Below are positions 56,830 through 64,000 of a DNA stretch of 64,000 nucleotides, one piece after another. Positions within the stretch are counted from its first letter, which is position 1. Each line of letters starts with the position of its first letter. A program made the translations under genes and the position numbers. The stretch is from an uncultured Candidatus Saccharibacteria bacterium (GTDB taxonomy: Bacteria > Patescibacteriota > Minisyncoccia > Phycocordibacterales > UBA9973). Below the pieces are notes generated by a model. That model searched no databases. It was not told where the DNA came from and was given only the letters and a program-made list of their open reading frames with translations. Where the stretch lies: contig CAYVDC010000003.1 in NCBI GenBank assembly GCA_964450735.1, positions 40,342 to 104,341 of the forward strand. The letters run 5' to 3'.

Positions 56830-56964
56830 ATGAAAAAGACAGTTATTTTAGTAAAAAGACATGCCAATTTGGCTATGTTCGTTGCAGTAATGTTTGTAAT
56901 TGGTTCAACTTTAGGTATTGGCCTTAACCCAACACTTTTAGACCATATTTCTAACTGGTTTTAA
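56830..56964 (+). CDS. candidate 44-aa membrane peptide (MKKTVILVKRHANLAMFVAVMFVIGSTLGIGLNPTLLDHISNWF)
   Basis: Hand translation. It sits downstream of a consensus promoter and before a strong terminator, and has one TM helix. Confidence 0.3.
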   Translation: MKKTVILVKRHANLAMFVAVMFVIGSTLGIGLNPTLLDHISNWF

Positions 56965-56981
56965 GAGATAAAAAAATTAAA

Positions 56982-57013
56982 AGAGCAGATATATAAATAT
57001 CTGCTCTTTTTTA
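56982..57013. terminator. bidirectional intrinsic terminator (also ends the ATP synthase operon)
   Basis: agagcagatat-ataa-atatctgctct followed by tttttt, with A-run on the other side. Confidence 0.65.
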
Positions 57014-57018
57014 TTTCC

Positions 57019-57453
57019 CTATCTTCGATATTTCTTCGTCTTCCACTTGTCAGCAATTCGGACTCGGTTGAGCGAGCGTTCGAGTTCTGCTTCAAAGTGT
57101 TCGAAGTCCACGACTTCCCCATTTTCTTTTGCTTTTTGGAGTTCGACAGCTTTGGCTTTCGCTTTTTCAACTGCGTCGTCAGTGAGTTCAGAAACATGTT
57201 CAGCAAAGTCAGCAAGTACTGCCACTTCGTCGTCTTTGATTTCTACGAAACCGCCGACTACTGCAACTGGTGCGTATTCGCCGTTGGTCATGGCAACGAT
57301 GTCGCCCGACTTCAGTGCCGCAATCAGTGGAATGTGGCTAGGAAGTATGGTAATTTCCCCTTCTGTTGTCGGAAGTGAAACCTGATCTACGTCTTCCTCG
57401 AGGATTACTCGTTCAGGTGTAACTATCTTAAGATGTATTTTTTTTGTTGCCAT
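57019..57453 (-). CDS. atpC: F1 ATP synthase epsilon subunit
   Basis: MATKKIHLKIVTPERVILEEDVDQVSLPTTEGEITILPSHIPLIAALKSG is epsilon-like. It is the last gene of the operon. Confidence 0.8.
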   Translation of the reverse strand: MATKKIHLKIVTPERVILEEDVDQVSLPTTEGEITILPSHIPLIAALKSGDIVAMTNGEYAPVAVVGGFVEIKDDEVAVLADFAEHVSELTDDAVEKAKAKAVELQKAKENGEVVDFEHFEAELERSLNRVRIADKWKTKKYRR

Positions 57454-57560
57454 AATTTTTATACTAAGTTTAGTTACCAAAGCCGGAGCACAACCTTCCA
57501 TACTGAACCGGTTGACCGCTAAGCGAGAGCTGTTAGTTCAGAATGGAAAGTTTGCGAAGG

Positions 57561-59730
<2,170 letters not shown>

Positions 59731-59733
59731 ACC

Positions 59734-60627
59734 TTAACTCACACTTGCCATACCGGCACTGATTTCTGATATTTCCTGCGTGATCGACGCTTGTCGCGCT
59801 TTGTTGAATACGAGGGTCAAATCCTGAATCATTTCTCCTGCGGCTTCCGATGCGTTCTTCATCGCTACCATTCGAGACGATTGTTCTGAGGCTGCGGATT
59901 CGAGGATCATTTGATACATCTGCATTCGAGCGATCTTGTCTACGAGTTGGGTGATCAGCGTATCGTAGCTCGGTTCGAAGAGATATTCAGTCTGGATTTC
60001 GGCTTCGTGAGGAGCAGTTTCCTTCAGTTCATCAATCTCTCGCTTGATGTCTTCCTTTTGAATTGGAAGGATCTGTCTAATAGTTGGTTTCTGCGAGAGT
60101 GCTGATTTGAAGTCGGTGTATGCGACGTAAATCTTGTCGTATGAATTTTCTTTATATAAATCGAGTATGAGGTTTGATATTGGTACGGTGTTTTGTAGGT
60201 GGATTGTTTCGGGCAGTTCGGTGAATGATGCGATAATGTTCTGTCCGATTCTTCGCATTGCTGTGTCGCCTTTGCGTCCAACAGTGACGAAGTCTATGTG
60301 CTGGTCAGGATTTTCTCTGAGCATCAGCATGACTGCTCGGATGATCTGAGCATTGTATGCTCCGCAGAGTCCGCGGTTTGAAGAGACCAGAACAACGAGC
60401 TTGCGGTTCCCTTCTCGAGGAGTGAGCAATGGATGTGAATGCTCAACGATGGCGTTTGAAATTGATTCCAACACCTCCCATGAGTATTTTGCATAGGCTC
60501 GCGAAGCAAGCGTGCTTGATACAGCGCGCTTCATCTTTGAAGCAGCCACGAGCTCCATAGCTTTCGTGATCTTCTTCGTGTTCTTCACACTCTTTATTCG
60601 TCGTTTGATTTCTTTTGTTGCGGGCAT
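59734..60627 (-). CDS. atpG: F1 ATP synthase gamma subunit
   Basis: MPATKEIKRRIKSVKNTKKITKAMELVAASKMKRA is the canonical gamma N-terminus. Confidence 0.85.
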   Translation of the reverse strand: MPATKEIKRRIKSVKNTKKITKAMELVAASKMKRAVSSTLASRAYAKYSWEVLESISNAIVEHSHPLLTPREGNRKLVVLVSSNRGLCGAYNAQIIRAVMLMLRENPDQHIDFVTVGRKGDTAMRRIGQNIIASFTELPETIHLQNTVPISNLILDLYKENSYDKIYVAYTDFKSALSQKPTIRQILPIQKEDIKREIDELKETAPHEAEIQTEYLFEPSYDTLITQLVDKIARMQMYQMILESAASEQSSRMVAMKNASEAAGEMIQDLTLVFNKARQASITQEISEISAGMASVS

Positions 60628-60638
60628 AAAATTATACT

Positions 60639-60839
60639 CTAATGTAGCTGGTTAACCATTCCAAGTTTGATTTTTACAAAATAGAATGGTGTTACTTTGT
60701 AGTAAGGATTAGGAAAATTGAGTCCTTCACACTCCATTATGCAAGGCAAATAATTAGTTCTAGTTTGCGGGACAATTGGTGCAAAGAAAAATATTCCACC
60801 AAGTCCGAGCACGATTAAACTAATTACAATTTTTTTCAT
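60639..60839 (-). CDS. small hypothetical membrane protein between atpA and atpG
   Basis: 66 aa with an N-terminal TM helix and a C..CEG motif. Confidence 0.3.
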   Translation of the reverse strand: MKKIVISLIVLGLGGIFFFAPIVPQTRTNYLPCIMECEGLNFPNPYYKVTPFYFVKIKLGMVNQLH

Positions 60840-60840
60840 A

Positions 60841-62343
60841 TTACTTTACAAACCCTGCCTTAAAGTCTCCAATCGCCTGTTTCAATTCTGCCTCTCCATC
60901 TTCCTCCCACATCTTCTTTTCGCGAACCTGTTTGAGGAATGTCTTGGCGTTTGTTTCAGCGTATTCAACGAGACCAGCCTGGAATTCTGAGATCTTCGCT
61001 ACTGCGATATCGTCGATGAATCCTTTGACTAATGCGTAGAGACCAATGATCTGATGCTCAACAAGCATTGGAGAATACTGGCTCTGCTTCAACATTTCAA
61101 CTGCGCGCTTTCCACGTTCGAGCTGGCGCTTTGTTGCTTCGTCGAGGTCTGAACCGAACTGTGAGAAGGCTTCAAGTTCTCGGAACTGAGCGAGGTCGAG
61201 TTTCAAAGTACCCGCAACCTTTTTCATAGCCTTGATCTGAGCCGATCCTCCCACGCGAGACACTGAGTTACCGACGTTGATCGCAGGACGGATACCCTTG
61301 TAGAAGAGGTCTGTTTCCAAAAAGATTTGTCCGTCAGTAATTGAGATCACGTTTGTAGGAATGTACGCTGAGATGTCGCCAGCCTGAGTTTCGATGATTG
61401 GAAGCGCTGTGATTGATCCGCCGCCGTATTCTTTGTTTCGTCGGCAAGCTCGTTCCAAAAGTCGTGAGTGCAAGTAAAAGACGTCTCCAGGATATGCTTC
61501 ACGGCCTGGTGGTCGTCGGAGCAAGAGAGAGATTTCTCGGTATGCAACAGCGTGCTTTGAGAGATCATCGTAAACGATCAACACGTCTTTGCCCTGATCC
61601 ATGAAGTATTCAGCGATCGCAACACCTGTATAGGGAGCGATGTATGAACGAGCTGCCGGTTCTGATGCGCCTGCAGAAACGATGACAGTGTATTCCATTG
61701 CGCCGCCTTCGCGGAGACGAGTTTCGATTTTGCGGAGTTTTGAATCTTTCTGACCAATTGAAACATACACGCAGAGCATGTTCTGGCCTTTCTGGTTCAA
61801 GATTGCATCGATAGCAACAGCTGTCTTACCAGTCTGTCGGTCACCGATGATCAATTCACGCTGACCTCGTCCAACTGGAACGAGTGCGTCGATAGCCTTG
61901 ATACCTGTCTGAAGCGGCTGGTCAACTGACTGACGAGTAACTACACCCGGAGCAACTTTTTCAACTGGCTGAGTTTTGGTAACTTTCAAAGCACCCTGTC
62001 CGTCGATAGGAAGAGCAAGTGAGTTTACTACGCGGCCGATGATTGTATCACCTACGCCGATTTCGAGAATTTTACCGGTAGCTTTTACTTCATCACCTTC
62101 TTTAATTTTTTTGTAGTCATCCAAAACGATGATACCAACGAAGTCTTCTTCAAGGTTGAGCGCTACGCCAGTTTCGCCGCCTGGAAAGGTAACCATTTCT
62201 GATGCCTTGATGTCAGAGAGTCCAGATACACGAGCAATACCGTCGGCAATTTCTGCCACGATACCGACTTTTTCGCCGCCAGTTGTTTTCTGGAAGGCAG
62301 CGATTTCATTCTTTAGATTTTCGATAATTGTATTTTTTGTCAT
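60841..62343 (-). CDS. atpA: F1 ATP synthase alpha subunit
   Basis: [10 protein letters not shown]-loop and alpha-type sequence throughout. Confidence 0.9.
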   Translation of the reverse strand: MTKNTIIENLKNEIAAFQKTTGGEKVGIVAEIADGIARVSGLSDIKASEMVTFPGGETGVALNLEEDFVGIIVLDDYKKIKEGDEVKATGKILEIGVGDTIIGRVVNSLALPIDGQGALKVTKTQPVEKVAPGVVTRQSVDQPLQTGIKAIDALVPVGRGQRELIIGDRQTGKTAVAIDAILNQKGQNMLCVYVSIGQKDSKLRKIETRLREGGAMEYTVIVSAGASEPAARSYIAPYTGVAIAEYFMDQGKDVLIVYDDLSKHAVAYREISLLLRRPPGREAYPGDVFYLHSRLLERACRRNKEYGGGSITALPIIETQAGDISAYIPTNVISITDGQIFLETDLFYKGIRPAINVGNSVSRVGGSAQIKAMKKVAGTLKLDLAQFRELEAFSQFGSDLDEATKRQLERGKRAVEMLKQSQYSPMLVEHQIIGLYALVKGFIDDIAVAKISEFQAGLVEYAETNAKTFLKQVREKKMWEEDGEAELKQAIGDFKAGFVK

Positions 62344-62349
62344 ATAGAT

Positions 62350-62742
62350 TTATGCAGCTAATTGCTTATGTAACTCCTTGAGGGTGTGTCCGAGACTGGA
62401 ATCGTAGATTGTGTCTCCTATTTTTACCTTAATTCCTCCGATGAGTCTCTGATCGACTTTTTCGATTACCTCGATTTCTTTCGCGTCGAACTTTTTCTTG
62501 AGGGCAAGCGCGAGTGATTTGAGCGACGCTTCATCGAGCCTGTTTGCTGTGGTGACTGTTGCTTCGATGATGCCGTGGGATTTGTTGTAGAGTTCCTGGT
62601 ATTCAGCGATGATTGCTTGGACATCTCCCTGCATCTTTTTCTTGTAGATGAGTTCGACGAATTCTTTCATGCTGCTTTCTTTCCCCTGTTCGGTTATTTC
62701 AAGCAAGAGCTGAGCGAGGTCTTTTGGTTTTAATTTGCTCAT
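62350..62742 (-). CDS. atpH: F1 ATP synthase delta (OSCP) subunit, short form
   Basis: 130 aa, with an OSCP-like C-terminus LIGGIKVKIGDTIYDSSL. Confidence 0.65.
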   Translation of the reverse strand: MSKLKPKDLAQLLLEITEQGKESSMKEFVELIYKKKMQGDVQAIIAEYQELYNKSHGIIEATVTTANRLDEASLKSLALALKKKFDAKEIEVIEKVDQRLIGGIKVKIGDTIYDSSLGHTLKELHKQLAA

Positions 62743-63290
62743 GAGGTAACCTCGTTTATGCTTTTGGTAACCAAAGCGCTTTCGACGGGGCCCTTTACTG
62801 TGCCATCAAGTACTTTTTCGGTTGCCGCGATGACAATATCAGCCAATTCTTTCTTTGCGTCAGCGAGCATTTTTGCCTTGTCTGCCTCGAGCTGCTGCTT
62901 TCCCTGTGCGAGGATCTTGTCTGCTTCTGCCTTTGCCTGTTCCATGATGCGAGCTTTTTCTGATTCAGCTTCATTTTTTGCGCTGGTAACCAAAGCGCTT
63001 CCTTCTTTTCGTGCCTGAGCGAGCGCAGCAGCGTATTCCTTTTCAGTATCTGAAAGCTTTTCGGCATTTTCCTTGGCGTCAGAAAGTCCTTTTGCGATGG
63101 TAGCTCCACGCTCTTCCATGAGTTTGCCGAGCGGCTTGATCGCGTATCGGTACAGAACAAAAAAGACAATGCCAAAGTTCACCATCTGAGCGATGATGAT
63201 TTTCCAATCGATGTGAAATATTGAAATGAGTGAATCCATAATATGTATTGTTTGATTAACTCCGGAATAATAATATCCAGAATCCGACAC
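62739..63290 (-). CDS. atpF: Fo ATP synthase subunit b
   Basis: N-terminal TM helix followed by a long charged coiled-coil (AKKELADIVIAATEKVL). Confidence 0.75.
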   Translation of the reverse strand: MSDSGYYYSGVNQTIHIMDSLISIFHIDWKIIIAQMVNFGIVFFVLYRYAIKPLGKLMEERGATIAKGLSDAKENAEKLSDTEKEYAAALAQARKEGSALVTSAKNEAESEKARIMEQAKAEADKILAQGKQQLEADKAKMLADAKKELADIVIAATEKVLDGTVKGPVESALVTKSINEVTS

Positions 63291-63341
63291 CGAACCAGAT
63301 AGGAATAGTTAGGCGCCGATTTCCTGATACCAACTAATTGC

Positions 63342-63584
<243 letters not shown>

Positions 63585-63659
63585 TTAACCATTCCGTAAA
63601 ACGGATGGGTTTCAAGGAGAAGCTTTTCTCCGCAAAACCCAGCCGTCTTTGGAATATTG

Positions 63660-64000
63660 TTAATGTAAACTGACTTCCTCGAGACTGTGAACTGATTCCG
63701 ATTCCTTTGCGTGATCTTCCTCATGCTCTTCATGATCATCCGATGCGACCGTGAAGTACACAAGAGTAAGCATTGAAAAGATAAGGGCTTGTACTACTCC
63801 CACCAATACTTCAAGGAATAAGAACGGTATTGGGATCGCGTATGCCAGGAGGGCTGCCATGGATGCGAGAAGCACTTCTCCTGCAAATACGTTTCCGAAC
63901 AAACGGAATGAGAGCGAGGCAATCTTGGCGCCTTCTCCAATGATCTCTAGGAGTCCGACAAAGAATGTAATCGGAGCCACCATAATGATCGTAGGGTCTT
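63660..64000 (-). CDS. atpB: Fo ATP synthase subunit a (partial; 5' end beyond the window)
   Basis: The conserved C-terminal region contains LSFRLFGNVFAGEVLL with the essential Arg. The reading frame stays open to the window edge. Confidence 0.75.
   Translation of the reverse strand, partial: DPTIIMVAPITFFVGLLEIIGEGAKIASLSFRLFGNVFAGEVLLASMAALLAYAIPIPFLFLEVLVGVVQALIFSMLTLVYFTVASDDHEEHEEDHAKESESVHSLEEVSLH

Noticed and set aside
57047-57385. ORFs antisense to atpC/atpD/atpA and to gltX (for example 57047-57385, 58505-58807, 61347-61568, 19140-19592)
   Set aside because: They lie inside strongly supported genes on the opposite strand and have biased, low-complexity composition.

Overview
This 64 kb window looks like a core chromosomal segment of a small-genome bacterium. 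Its proteins are divergent, with compact, often overlapping operons and many small hypothetical membrane or secreted proteins, so lineage stays uncertain; the regulatory repertoire (SAM-I riboswitch, T-box leader, GAAC-N4-GTTC LexA box) is Gram-positive-like, and a CPR/Patescibacteria-like origin is possible. Recognisable housekeeping genes include metK (behind a SAM-I riboswitch), rsmI, an S41 CtpA peptidase, rplI, rpmA, rplU, lexA (with a palindromic SOS box in its promoter spacer), radC, gltX, a dcw-like block (murE-like ligase, mraY, ftsW, murG, plus a serine D,D-carboxypeptidase), scpA/scpB, an NRAMP transporter, corA, cysS, a DnaJ-class chaperone, a type-2 Asp/Asn-tRNA synthetase behind a T-box leader, trpS with a YerC/TrpR-like gene, dnaB, recR, trhO, and a complete F1Fo ATP synthase operon (atpBEFHAGDC) with two extra small ORFs. 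The striking feature is seven paralogous ~560-600 aa cysteine-rich proteins, each carrying zinc-ribbon-like CxxC...CxxCR modules at both termini. Two of them follow rplI on the + strand (7904-11297). Five lie on the - strand (39441-50401), where a tight G-F-E-ATPase-D operon embeds an OLD/AAA15-type ABC ATPase (Walker A GKNGSGKT, ATHSP motif). That locus also has a divergently transcribed winged-helix-like gene behind a perfect palindrome and is flanked by two paralogous lipoprotein genes. I saw no rRNA, tRNA, CRISPR array, transposase or integrase. Many six-frame-track ORFs are antisense shadows of real genes and were ignored.
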